Assembly (NCBI GenBank): GCA_016204695.1
Contig: JACQKD010000014.1
Location: 18,562 to 82,561, forward strand
Source of the DNA: Candidatus Kaiserbacteria bacterium
Lineage (GTDB): Bacteria; Patescibacteriota; Minisyncoccia; Phycocordibacterales; UBA918
DNA length: 64,000 nucleotides
Reading direction: 5' to 3'
Shown one piece after another: positions 10,137 through 19,713 of this stretch. The notes beneath the pieces were generated by a model. It saw nothing but the letters and a program-made list of their open reading frames with translations, was not told the DNA's origin and did no database searches. Each line of letters opens with the position of its first letter. Positions within the stretch are counted from its first letter, which is position 1. The translations under genes were made by a program, and so were the position numbers.

Positions 10137-11194
10137 GTACCGACTACTATTTTCATTTCCAGACCGGCAAGGTGCATTTTCTGCTTGCCGACATGTTTGC
10201 GCACTATTACAGCGACTTTGACGGCGTGATGCTCTCCGGTAAGGATCAGTACTCTGACTACATACACAAAAGCGGCATTGCCGAAACCGAACGAGTATAC
10301 AAGGATTTTTACAAAGACAACGATTCCCTGCGACAAATCGGTGACACGTTTGATCGCGCGGAGAAAGAGCTCCTCGATCAGCAGTCAGCCATCGCAACGA
10401 CAGAAAAGATCACTTCTGCCGACTTTGAGTCGTTTATCACATCAGCCGCGGCCATATTGGATGCATATGCGGCGTTCGACCATATTTTCACCGACCATTT
10501 ATTTAAGGACAAGCGGGAGGATATCGAAGGACTCGTTCGGGTCGCCACAGAAAAAAAGAACGTACTGCGCGAACGCATCGACCCGATTCTTTTTGGCGAT
10601 GGCACGTTCGTCGCGCTGGTGCGGAAGATCGCGAGTCAATACGGCGTTCCCGAGGATCGTATTTTCGCCGCGTCGATAGACGAAGTGCGCGAACTGCTCG
10701 CTTTCGGAAAAATGCCGGAACGAGACATACGAAACAGCGACTATGTCGTGGTCCGGGATCATGACACATATACGTATTACTTCGGAGATGAAGCGACCGC
10801 GTTTATCGCAGGATTTATCGTGGAGGAGCATCACGGGGAGGTCGGAGAGTTGAAGGGCGTATCGGTTTCCAAGAAAGGCGTCTATACGGGAACGGTGAGA
10901 AAAACATCCGTCGACTATACAAATCTCAAGGGAAGCATCGCGGAGTTTGAACACATTCCTGCAGGAATGATTCTTGTCACAGAAATGACCGTTCCGGAGA
11001 TGGTCTCGTTGATGGCTCGCTCGAAGGCAATCGTTACCGACATCGGCGGTATGCTCTGTCATGCGGCCATCACGAGCCGCGAGCTTGGCATCCCCTGCAT
11101 CATCGGCACGAAGCTCGCGACCAAAATTCTCCAGGACGGAGACGAAGTGGAAGTCGACGCGGACAAGGGGATTGTAACAATACTTACACAATAA
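10118..11194 (+). CDS. Variable domain + PEP-utilizing mobile (His swivel) domain protein
   Basis: TDIGGMLCHAAITSRELGIPC...VEVDADKG; ATG 10118 overlaps the end of the upstream gene. Confidence 0.8.
   Translation: MPTKYISTDYYFHFQTGKVHFLLADMFAHYYSDFDGVMLSGKDQYSDYIHKSGIAETERVYKDFYKDNDSLRQIGDTFDRAEKELLDQQSAIATTEKITSADFESFITSAAAILDAYAAFDHIFTDHLFKDKREDIEGLVRVATEKKNVLRERIDPILFGDGTFVALVRKIASQYGVPEDRIFAASIDEVRELLAFGKMPERDIRNSDYVVVRDHDTYTYYFGDEATAFIAGFIVEEHHGEVGELKGVSVSKKGVYTGTVRKTSVDYTNLKGSIAEFEHIPAGMILVTEMTVPEMVSLMARSKAIVTDIGGMLCHAAITSRELGIPCIIGTKLATKILQDGDEVEVDADKGIVTILTQ
11135..11184 (+). repeat. 50-bp exact direct repeat, copy 1 (copy 2 at 12582-12631)
   Basis: GACGGAGACGAAGTGGAAGTCGACGCGGACAAGGGGATTGTAACAATACT at the 3' ends of two adjacent genes. 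Confidence 0.9.
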
Positions 11195-11204
11195 CTACAC
11201 AAGA

Positions 11205-12644
11205 ATGTCTCACGTTACGTATAAGGGTTTGCAGTTCGATCTTGCCTTTAAGGAATTCCATCCCCCATTACCGCTTTCGTTCTGGTCGAGTGACATATTT
11301 CTTCAGACGTATCAGCGGATAAGCGGTACCGACGTTGGTTTTATATATGCGGTAGTAGATTCTGAACTTACTGGCTATATGGAGACTGGCGGGTCGGAGC
11401 GTATCTGGGCAGCGTTGCAGGCCACACTGACGGAGGAATGGCTCCGTGGGGAACTAGAAAACTTTACACGGCAGTTCGCACATCTGAAGGCGCTTGTCGA
11501 TCCGGCTCGCACAAGCGTCTATTCACGAGGAGCACTAGTTGACCTTTTCGAATCTCTTCGCAAAACACTCGGAGAAATCTACCCGTACAGCAATGCGTTT
11601 TACGTATTGAGCAGTGAGATTGAGAAAAACGTACTTGAGAAACTCAGCAGCGCCTACGGGGAAGAGAGGGCGAACGAGATACTGGCGCAATCGAGCAGGC
11701 CCTCCCCGTCGACATCTTTGGTCACATACTGGGAACGTGTACGGTTTCTGGCCGATCGCATAGCGGGTACGCACGGAAAGGTCAAGGAGAAAGATGTTGC
11801 GGACTTGTGCGAGAATCATGACGACCTCCGAGACGAACTGGAAACCATTCGAAACGACTATTTTTGTCTGACAGCTTTAAATGCAGAAGAACGGACGGTC
11901 GCATCGATCCTCCCGGACATTGTATCCGTGATGGAGACGCCGATGCATGTAGCGGCGCCTGCGCGACCACCTGAAGTCGAAAAAGATCTATCTCTCCTTC
12001 GCACGATGATCTACTTCAAAGATGAGATATCGACCTTCATTATTCCGTATGTCTTTCATGGTCTCAAGAAACAATGGGACGCTACAGCGGCCCTGCTTGC
12101 GATTACTCCGAAAGATCTCGAGCAACTACTCATGGAAGAAGTGATAGGCGCTCTGAAACATCCCACCGAGCTGACAGAACTCGTCGAAAAAAGAAAACGG
12201 GCGACGCTTTTCTTCCATGCTCCGTTTAAGAGCACGGAAGTTATCGAAGGCACCGAAGCATCGGACGTAATCGCTTCGCTCGCCTCACAAAATCAGACGA
12301 CAGATTACTCCACCGTTACGGAAATCAAAGGAAAGGCGGGCGCTCCCGGCACGGTCACCGGTATTGTCCATAAAATCATGCACTCCAATGACATCCAGAA
12401 TTTTAAAGAAGGACACATTCTGGTGACGGTGTACACTGCACCGGAATTTGTTCCCGCCATGAAGAAGGCACGGGCCATCGTGACCGATACTGGAGGAATT
12501 ACCTGTCACGCGGCCATCGTCTCACGCGAACTCCACAAACCCTGTGTTGTAGGCACAAAAATCGCCACTGAAGTGCTCAAAGACGGAGACGAAGTGGAAG
12601 TCGACGCGGACAAGGGGATTGTAACAATACTGCACAATGAGTGA
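11205..12644 (+). CDS. Variable domain + PEP-utilizing mobile (His swivel) domain protein
   Basis: TDTGGITCHAAIVSRELHKPC...VEVDADKG. Confidence 0.8.
   Translation: MSHVTYKGLQFDLAFKEFHPPLPLSFWSSDIFLQTYQRISGTDVGFIYAVVDSELTGYMETGGSERIWAALQATLTEEWLRGELENFTRQFAHLKALVDPARTSVYSRGALVDLFESLRKTLGEIYPYSNAFYVLSSEIEKNVLEKLSSAYGEERANEILAQSSRPSPSTSLVTYWERVRFLADRIAGTHGKVKEKDVADLCENHDDLRDELETIRNDYFCLTALNAEERTVASILPDIVSVMETPMHVAAPARPPEVEKDLSLLRTMIYFKDEISTFIIPYVFHGLKKQWDATAALLAITPKDLEQLLMEEVIGALKHPTELTELVEKRKRATLFFHAPFKSTEVIEGTEASDVIASLASQNQTTDYSTVTEIKGKAGAPGTVTGIVHKIMHSNDIQNFKEGHILVTVYTAPEFVPAMKKARAIVTDTGGITCHAAIVSRELHKPCVVGTKIATEVLKDGDEVEVDADKGIVTILHNE
12582..12631 (+). repeat. 50-bp exact direct repeat, copy 2
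   Basis: Identical to 11135-11184. Confidence 0.9.
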
Positions 12645-14079
12645 TCGGCCCTTCCCCGCAGAGGATTGGACATTTGAGTTCCAACAGAGAGGCGCTCATC
12701 CCGTCGTGATGGCCGATATCTGGTGTCGGGCGGTGTATTTCAATTTTCCCCGAGCCATAGATCTGGGTACCGTGGGCTACGACTATCTGATGACTTCCGA
12801 GTACAAGGGTTATTACCGGGCCGGAGCGCGGGAGCAAATGTTGGAAATATTCAAGGAACGGCTACAGAGTGACCCGACGTATCTCAACTACATTCTCGAT
12901 TCAACCGAAAGAAAAGCCGGGGACTTCAAGTCGTATGTGGCAGGCGGTGAGTGGGACTGGAATGCGTTTATTGAAAAGACACTCGAACTTGTCCCATGGT
13001 TCTACATACCTTGGTACGTAATGGAGTTCAACATACTGTCCGACCGAGTCGTCGGGGGTCTTGAACCGTATCGCCATACCATTGAAAACATCGTCGACTT
13101 CAATACTGCGAGCATGTTGCTGATGTTCCCCGATAAGGAAATGGAGTTCCAGAGAGAACAGGCCGCGTTCTATGCGCTTGTAACAGAAGTGAAGGAGGGT
13201 AGAGACATCGATCCTCGATCGTATCTCGAACGATTCGGCTGGATGAAAACCTTTATCCTTGCTCCCGAGGAGCCGCTCACCGAACAGGAACTAAACAAAA
13301 AGATTAAAACTGCCATTGCAGAGAGGAGCGATGAAACCTACGAACTCCAGCGGAAAAGGAGAGACGGAGACAGGGGGACGATTGTCGAACTCGAATCGCT
13401 CATCGCCGGAGACAAAAGATTGCGCCGAAGCATAGATGATGCTCGCCATCTTGGGTGGCTCCTCACCTGGAGCGTGGAAACTTCGATGCGGGCTTTCGCG
13501 ATGGGCATTCCCCGGTACAAAGAGATCGCAGACAGAATCGGACTTCTATATGATGATTGGGTATACCTCACGACTACCGAGGTTGAGCAATCTATCGCCG
13601 AAAGAAAATGTGTTGTCTCTCGCGAAGAAATAGATGCCCGCAAAGAAGCGTGGATCGTGTCGATACACGATGGTGTATTGGATATCGTGTCCGGAAGCAA
13701 AGCGAAAGAAAATATCGAGCAATTGCATATGAAGGAGACATCGAATGTTCAAAAGGATACGCAGGAAGTCGTCGGAAAACAGGCCTGCGCAGGGAAAGCA
13801 AATGGTCATGTGAGAATATGCTTGACCGCAACTGATGCGGAAGCGGTACGAGAAGGAGACATTCTGGTATGCAGTATGACCACCCCCGATTATGTCCCGG
13901 CCATGAAGCGGGCCGGGGCGATCGTCACCGATGAGGGTGGACTGCTTTGTCACGCGGCGATTATCTCTCGCGAACTCGGGAAGCCATGCGTGATCGCGAC
14001 ACGGATCGCGACGACCGTATTCAAGACCGGGGACGAGGTGGAAGTGGATGCCGATAAGGGGATTGTGAGAAAAGTATGA
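12637..14079 (+). CDS. Variable domain + PEP-utilizing mobile (His swivel) domain protein
   Basis: TDEGGLLCHAAIISRELGKPC; ATGAGTGA overlap with the upstream gene. Confidence 0.8.
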   Translation: MSDRPFPAEDWTFEFQQRGAHPVVMADIWCRAVYFNFPRAIDLGTVGYDYLMTSEYKGYYRAGAREQMLEIFKERLQSDPTYLNYILDSTERKAGDFKSYVAGGEWDWNAFIEKTLELVPWFYIPWYVMEFNILSDRVVGGLEPYRHTIENIVDFNTASMLLMFPDKEMEFQREQAAFYALVTEVKEGRDIDPRSYLERFGWMKTFILAPEEPLTEQELNKKIKTAIAERSDETYELQRKRRDGDRGTIVELESLIAGDKRLRRSIDDARHLGWLLTWSVETSMRAFAMGIPRYKEIADRIGLLYDDWVYLTTTEVEQSIAERKCVVSREEIDARKEAWIVSIHDGVLDIVSGSKAKENIEQLHMKETSNVQKDTQEVVGKQACAGKANGHVRICLTATDAEAVREGDILVCSMTTPDYVPAMKRAGAIVTDEGGLLCHAAIISRELGKPCVIATRIATTVFKTGDEVEVDADKGIVRKV

Positions 14080-15098
14080 ATTCGCGCCCGTATACCAAAC
14101 TGTTCACGCGCGACAACGGCCTACTGGTCTTCGAGCTGTGGTATGAGAGCGAGGTAAACCATTTGGAGAAATGGTTGGGATGGGCGCCCAAGAGCTATCT
14201 ACTGCACGCGGTCGAAGGCGTCACCGAAGTCTATTATGATCCGGCTGATCTCGAAGAACTGAATCGCCGGATTGCCGCGAAGCTGAAAGACACCGACTTT
14301 CTTCCAAATCTCATTTCCTGGTACAAAGAAGCGCTTGTGCCGCTTCAACGTGCGTGGAAAGAAAGGAAACCGTTGGGGAGCACGAAAGCGCTCGTCGAGC
14401 TTTTTGATAAGGGTGCTCTCGCCTGGTCGGGACTCGCGATCACGTACTTGATACCGAATCTACCGGAAGGCGAAGCGAGTCGTGACCAGACCTCTGCGGC
14501 ACTCGCGGCGCGTACGGAGACGGAGAATTTTTTTGATGATACCGACCAAGTCTTCCTCATGACACTGCGAGCGTTATTTCCCAGTCTCGGTACACGTTCA
14601 CGATATATTCTCGCAGACGAATTACGCAGAGACGCCATTCCGGAAGAAGATGTGCTCGCGAAGCGCGAGAAACATTTCATCTTCTACCGCGGCACGCTAT
14701 ATACCGACATGACTCTGGAGATGTTTGCGCATGACCACGACATCCGTCTCGAAGAAGAAACCATATCGCAATCCGGCGAGATCAAAGGACAGATCGCCAT
14801 GGGCGGAACCGCTATCGGAAAAGTCCGCGTAATTCTGAAAAAACAGGACATACCGCAGGTCGAAGAAGGAGAAATATTGGTCACCACCATGACAACTCCC
14901 GACTACCTCCCCGCAATGAAAAGAGCGGCGGCGTTTGTCACCGACGAGGGCGGCATCACGTCGCATGCGGCGATCATCGCGCGCGAATTCAAAAAGCCCT
15001 GCATCGTCGGCACCAAAATCGCGACGAAGTTCCTCAAGACCGGCGACACGATAGAAGTGGATGCCGACAAGGGGATCGTGCGAATTTTGGAAAGATAA
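14076..15098 (+). CDS. Variable domain + PEP-utilizing mobile (His swivel) domain protein
   Basis: TDEGGITSHAAIIAREFKKPC; ATGA overlap with the upstream gene. Confidence 0.8.
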   Translation: MNSRPYTKLFTRDNGLLVFELWYESEVNHLEKWLGWAPKSYLLHAVEGVTEVYYDPADLEELNRRIAAKLKDTDFLPNLISWYKEALVPLQRAWKERKPLGSTKALVELFDKGALAWSGLAITYLIPNLPEGEASRDQTSAALAARTETENFFDDTDQVFLMTLRALFPSLGTRSRYILADELRRDAIPEEDVLAKREKHFIFYRGTLYTDMTLEMFAHDHDIRLEEETISQSGEIKGQIAMGGTAIGKVRVILKKQDIPQVEEGEILVTTMTTPDYLPAMKRAAAFVTDEGGITSHAAIIAREFKKPCIVGTKIATKFLKTGDTIEVDADKGIVRILER

Positions 15099-15162
15099 GT
15101 CAACGAATAGAGTGACTTCACTATGTGCGGACAAGGAGTATCATGGAATCGTAAACATTAAA

Positions 15163-15654
15163 ATGATCGATTGGAACGCGAAAATCAAAGAGGCGCTTGA
15201 TCGGACGGAGTTTATGGCGATATCGACCATCGGCGAGGACGGAAGCTGGACATGCCCGGTGCAGTTTGGCTACAGCGGGACGCTCGACTTGTATTTCAAA
15301 TCAATGCCACATTCCAAGCACGTCCAAAATCTGCTAAAAGACGAACGGATTTCGGTCGCTATCTATAAGACTGATCGGTTTCCCGGTTCGGAACGCGACG
15401 TGCTCGGCCTCCAACTTGCAGGCACTGTCCGGCTCCTGACACAACGCGCCGATGTCGAAGAAGCGGCCCGCTGTTACTACGGCCGCGATCCACGCAAACT
15501 CGATTATAAGACGAAGATCGACGAACATGTTGGAGGAAACGCCGAGTGGAACTTTTTCAAAATTACTCCGACAGAATTGTGGTGTTTCGACTCTCGCATA
15601 TTTGGAGAAGAGCGAGAGAAAGTTGATCTGGAAAATTTGTATATCCAAACATAA
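15163..15654 (+). CDS. Pyridoxamine 5'-phosphate oxidase-like FMN-binding protein
   Basis: MAISTIGEDGSW...LYFKSMPHSKHVQNL...ISVAI; GLQLAG. Confidence 0.75.
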   Translation: MIDWNAKIKEALDRTEFMAISTIGEDGSWTCPVQFGYSGTLDLYFKSMPHSKHVQNLLKDERISVAIYKTDRFPGSERDVLGLQLAGTVRLLTQRADVEEAARCYYGRDPRKLDYKTKIDEHVGGNAEWNFFKITPTELWCFDSRIFGEEREKVDLENLYIQT

Positions 15655-15748
15655 AGTAGCGCCTCCGTCTCACGTTCAAAATAGCCCACGCGCAACGGCA
15701 TCTGGCAAGATGCGCCGCGGCTGACGCGTCGTGGTATACTGGCGGGGC

Positions 15749-16735
15749 ATGACACAAATGTTCTTGCGGATTGCCGCGGCGGCATTCTGCATTCTGGCGG
15801 TCGGTATATCCGTACCGCTTGGCGCGCGAGCGGACGATGGATACTCCGACAGCGCCTATCAATCAGCAATCGAAAAACTCGGCGGGAAAAAAGTGAAGCG
15901 TCTGCCCGTCCCCATTCTTTTCGGCGTACCGCGTTCGGCAATCATACCGAATTTCGGCGCTCCGCGCGGCGGAGGTGCGCGCACGCATGAAGGCGAAGAT
16001 ATCATGGCGCCGCAAGGCGCGCCGATCGTCTCTCCCACCAAAGCGATCGTCGTAGATGCGGGTACGGGACCGAGCGCCGGCAATTATGTCACGACGATGG
16101 GTCCCGGCGGTGAACGTTTTGTCTATATGCATCTTGATACCATCCTTGTAGAGAAAGGAGACGAGCTTCGGGTGGGGGATTTCATCGGATACGTCGGCAA
16201 CACCGGCAATGCGTCGGGCGGCCCCGCACATCTGCATTTCGAGATTCGTCAGGACGGAGTGGCCGCTGATCCGTTTCCGCGCATTGCGCGAGAGTTCTCG
16301 CTCAAGAGCAAGGTTGAGTATCTCAAGCGAGCGCTTGCGTATCTAAAGGAGAAGAAACCGCTGGTGCAATTTGTTACCGTACACTACCAGCAAGAACTTG
16401 CGCAGGCGCAGTCAACCGGTCTCACGCTTCCCAAACAGATCGCAAAAGCGATGAAAGATGCACCCTTACTCGCGCAAACAAGCGTGCCTTCTTCCGGCGA
16501 GTCGGTGCTTGGCTCGCACAAACCGCTCGTCTCAAGCCTGCAGAAACTCCTTATCTTAAAAAACACCGGGCCGGCGGCCAAGGCGCTCGCCGCCGCAGGC
16601 CCTACGGGCAATTTCGGGCCGATAACGCAGAACGCACTGATCGAGTATCAAACTGTTCTCGGTATGCAACCGGCGGACGGACGTCTCGGTACGACGACAG
16701 TTGCATTTATACTCGCAAAAGAAGGGAAGCGGTGA
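15749..16735 (+). CDS. M23 family metallopeptidase with C-terminal peptidoglycan-binding-like domain
   Basis: Signal peptide; HEGED (HxxxD), YMHL and HLHFEI motifs; GNFGPITQNALIEYQ PG-binding motif. Confidence 0.85.
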   Translation: MTQMFLRIAAAAFCILAVGISVPLGARADDGYSDSAYQSAIEKLGGKKVKRLPVPILFGVPRSAIIPNFGAPRGGGARTHEGEDIMAPQGAPIVSPTKAIVVDAGTGPSAGNYVTTMGPGGERFVYMHLDTILVEKGDELRVGDFIGYVGNTGNASGGPAHLHFEIRQDGVAADPFPRIAREFSLKSKVEYLKRALAYLKEKKPLVQFVTVHYQQELAQAQSTGLTLPKQIAKAMKDAPLLAQTSVPSSGESVLGSHKPLVSSLQKLLILKNTGPAAKALAAAGPTGNFGPITQNALIEYQTVLGMQPADGRLGTTTVAFILAKEGKR

Positions 16736-16749
16736 TTTTAGGCAGGCCT

Positions 16750-17373
16750 CTAGCGTCGTGGCCGTTTCCACTCGGTGAGTGTGCCGGCTCGTATTTCAAT
16801 ACTGTCAGCCGGACGTAATCGTAGCGCATGAGGTGCGATTTTCTCATGTGGAGCCGCGACGAGGTTATCGTGCACTCCCCAAAGAGGATGCTCGGCGATG
16901 AGCCAGTCATCGTCAAATTCGAGAAGATTGAGAGGATTTCGTGAATACGCGCGGAGTGTTTTTTCTCCGGTATCGAGAAAATATTCGTGAAAATACGACA
17001 TCACAAGTTCGCGCACGCTCGCATACACCGGATCGCGATACCGCAGTACCGCATGATTGGTTTTGCTCACTGCGCCCCAGTGCATCCCCTCACGAAACGG
17101 CGCTATGACGTGTGATTCGTCATGTGTGCCCGTTTCAAGGTCGATAAGAAAGGGAGGACGGCCGTGATACCAAAAGATGGCGGCCGCAAGGACCGCTCCC
17201 TCGAAGCAGTGCGCGGTTCCATGCCGAAGTGTTTGGAGCGGCGATCGACATGTCTCACCCTCCGGTTCGAAGTTGATCGGAAATGAATTGAGAAAATCCT
17301 GCGTCTTTGCAGGCGTAGTCAGCGTTTTGAAAATCTGAAATTCTGCAAGATCCGGAAAAGAAAATTTCCTCAT
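16750..17373 (-). CDS. Transglutaminase-like conserved hypothetical protein
   Basis: AHCFEGAVLAAA, DESHVIA and WGAVSKTN...LRYRDPVY motifs. Confidence 0.65.
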   Translation of the reverse strand: MRKFSFPDLAEFQIFKTLTTPAKTQDFLNSFPINFEPEGETCRSPLQTLRHGTAHCFEGAVLAAAIFWYHGRPPFLIDLETGTHDESHVIAPFREGMHWGAVSKTNHAVLRYRDPVYASVRELVMSYFHEYFLDTGEKTLRAYSRNPLNLLEFDDDWLIAEHPLWGVHDNLVAAPHEKIAPHALRLRPADSIEIRAGTLTEWKRPRR

Positions 17374-17450
17374 TCGGCCAGTATAATTCTTTAGGACACT
17401 TCTTGCGACAAATGTGCCAAAGGAGGGTATACTTTCACTAAACTTTAATC

Positions 17451-18311
17451 ATGAGCTGGTACACTGCGAATATACGACCAAGTCCCGTCTACTGGCAGAC
17501 CGGGCGATCGGACGGTCTTGAGCTTCTCTATCCGCCGTTCGCGCTCGCGATTTTGACGCTCTTCGTACGGGCGCGAAGCGAGGGATTGCCGGTGACGATA
17601 TACGAAACGTACCGCTCGCAAGAACGCCAGCTCCAGCTTTTTAACCAAGGCGCGACGAAACTAAAGAAGAACGGCATGCACCACTTCGGTATCGCCGCCG
17701 ATATTGTATTTCTGACGCAGAGCGGCAATCCGAGTTGGGCCGAAACCAACAACTGGGCGCGGATCGGCGCCATCGGCGGAGCGCTCGGTCTCGAGTGGGG
17801 CGGCCTCTGGAGCGGATTCGTGGACAAGCCGCATTTCCAGCTTGTGCCGGCCACCGTGAGCGCGCAGGCAAAGATCGTCGCGGGAGAGTATCCCGCATAT
17901 CCCGCATCCGTTGATACGAAACGTACCGGACTTTTGCAGGCCTACAACGCCGCAAAAGCGAGCGGCTTTACCGCTTCACAGATCTCGAAATTGAGTGCGT
18001 CTCTCTCGGCGCCCGCATCGGCGGCGCAGTCCTTGTTCCCGCGCACACTCGTGCAGGGTATAAAGGGCAAGGATGTGCTCCTCCTGCAAAAGGTGCTCAA
18101 CGCCGATGCGGCGACGCGCATCGCCGCAAGCGGTACCGGTTCCCCCGGTAAGGAAACCGATTACTTCGGCGGACTCACCAAGGCCGCGGTCGGAAAATTC
18201 CAGATAAAATACGGCATCGTCGGTCCGACGAGCACCGCGTTCGGCACGGCAGGCCCGAAAACACGCGGTGTATTGGAACAGGCGGCGGTCGCGTACAGCA
18301 TCTACTCATAA
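17451..18311 (+). CDS. M15 family (L-Ala-D-Glu-type) peptidase with peptidoglycan-binding domain
   Basis: [24 protein letters not shown] and DKPHFQ motifs; C-terminal [14 protein letters not shown]...GPKTR. Confidence 0.85.
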   Translation: MSWYTANIRPSPVYWQTGRSDGLELLYPPFALAILTLFVRARSEGLPVTIYETYRSQERQLQLFNQGATKLKKNGMHHFGIAADIVFLTQSGNPSWAETNNWARIGAIGGALGLEWGGLWSGFVDKPHFQLVPATVSAQAKIVAGEYPAYPASVDTKRTGLLQAYNAAKASGFTASQISKLSASLSAPASAAQSLFPRTLVQGIKGKDVLLLQKVLNADAATRIAASGTGSPGKETDYFGGLTKAAVGKFQIKYGIVGPTSTAFGTAGPKTRGVLEQAAVAYSIYS

Positions 18312-18335
18312 TTACCACTGCATGTACAAAAATCT

Positions 18336-19076
18336 ATGAGATTTGAAAACAAAGTGGTCCTAGTCACCGGTTCGAGCCGCGGAATCGGCAGAGCCACCGC
18401 GCTCGCTTTCGCGCAGGAGGGCGCACATGTGACAATAAATTACGAGAAGAACCGTGCTGATGCAGAGGACACAGTAGCCGAGATCAGAAAGATCGGCAGG
18501 GATGCTATTGCAATTCAAGCAGATGTGGCTATCGAGGATGATGTCAAAAGAATGCTTCAGGAGGCCGTAGCGCATTTCGGCGGCATAGATGTTCTCGTAA
18601 ATAACGCGGGCATCGTCTTTGATGTGCCAATACTGGAAAAGACGGTAGAGCAGTGGCAACGTACGCTTGCTGTTAATCTGATCGGGACTTTTCTGTGTAT
18701 CAAAGAGACGGTTCCGTATCTTACCGAAAGATCAGGATCGTCAATAGTTACTATTTCTTCAAATAACGGCATCGACACCGGCAGTCCGGAATCCGCCGAC
18801 TACGACGCTTCCAAAGCGGGTATTATCAGCCTAACTAAGAATTTTGCTCAAGCGTTGGCTCCCAAAATCAGAGTTAATTCCGTCGCTCCCGGTTGGATCG
18901 ACACGGACATGAACAAAGATCTGCCGGTAGAGTTTGTGGAAAGTGAGACGCAAAAAACGGCCTTGAAAAGATGGGCAAAGCCGGAGGAAATAGCAAAAGC
19001 CGCCTTGTTCTTATGCTCCGATGACGCCAGTTTCATCACTGGTTCCATTTTGGTAGCAGATGGCGGTTATCGGTAA
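18336..19076 (+). CDS. Short-chain dehydrogenase/reductase (FabG-like)
   Basis: TGSSRGIG, NNAG, YDASK and VNSVAPG motifs. Confidence 0.9.
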   Translation: MRFENKVVLVTGSSRGIGRATALAFAQEGAHVTINYEKNRADAEDTVAEIRKIGRDAIAIQADVAIEDDVKRMLQEAVAHFGGIDVLVNNAGIVFDVPILEKTVEQWQRTLAVNLIGTFLCIKETVPYLTERSGSSIVTISSNNGIDTGSPESADYDASKAGIISLTKNFAQALAPKIRVNSVAPGWIDTDMNKDLPVEFVESETQKTALKRWAKPEEIAKAALFLCSDDASFITGSILVADGGYR

Positions 19077-19083
19077 ATACAGT

Positions 19084-19713
19084 ATGGCAACTAAAAGTCC
19101 ATTCATCATCGGAGTCAACGGGTCGCCGCATACGGATGGGATCGTCTATGAGTTGCTCAATGCGGTAATGGAAGCGGCCGCAAAAGCGGGAGCCGAGACG
19201 CGGATCATCAATCTCTACGAGCTCTTGATGATTCCCACCCCCGGCAACTACAGCAGGGATCATGCCTCCGAAACAATCGAGAACGCGCCAAAGGACGACA
19301 TCACCGCGCTCTATCCGGAGATTCTGCGTTCGGATGCGCTTGTCCTCGCAACGCCCGTCTACTGGGCCAATATGAGTGCCGTCATGAAAAATTTCATCGA
19401 GCACTTGACGCCGCTTGAGAGCGACGGATTTCATCTTGAAGGCAAGCTCGCGGCGGTGATCGCCGCATCGAAAGAAAACGAAGGCGGTGTCGAAATGGCC
19501 GCTATGGCGATGGTCGCGCCGCTGATGCAGATGGGTATGCTCATGCCGCCGAACAGCGTCATGTGGTATCCCGGCCAGTGGATGGGCGGGCGCACCGACT
19601 ATACCGACTGGGCAAAACGCGAAGCGCCAGAAGTCGGCCGAAGCATGGTGGAGCTGATCAGTCTTTTGCGCGAACATCCGATCGAATGGACCCACTATGA
19701 ACCAGGATTTTGA
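19084..19713 (+). CDS. Flavodoxin family / NADPH-dependent FMN reductase
   Basis: IGVNGSP; DALVLATPVYW...MKNFIE. Confidence 0.8.
   Translation: MATKSPFIIGVNGSPHTDGIVYELLNAVMEAAAKAGAETRIINLYELLMIPTPGNYSRDHASETIENAPKDDITALYPEILRSDALVLATPVYWANMSAVMKNFIEHLTPLESDGFHLEGKLAAVIAASKENEGGVEMAAMAMVAPLMQMGMLMPPNSVMWYPGQWMGGRTDYTDWAKREAPEVGRSMVELISLLREHPIEWTHYEPGF

Noticed and set aside
15120-15150. GCGGACAAGG after the last swivel gene as a remnant seventh module end
   Set aside because: Only a 10-nt match, with no coding context around it
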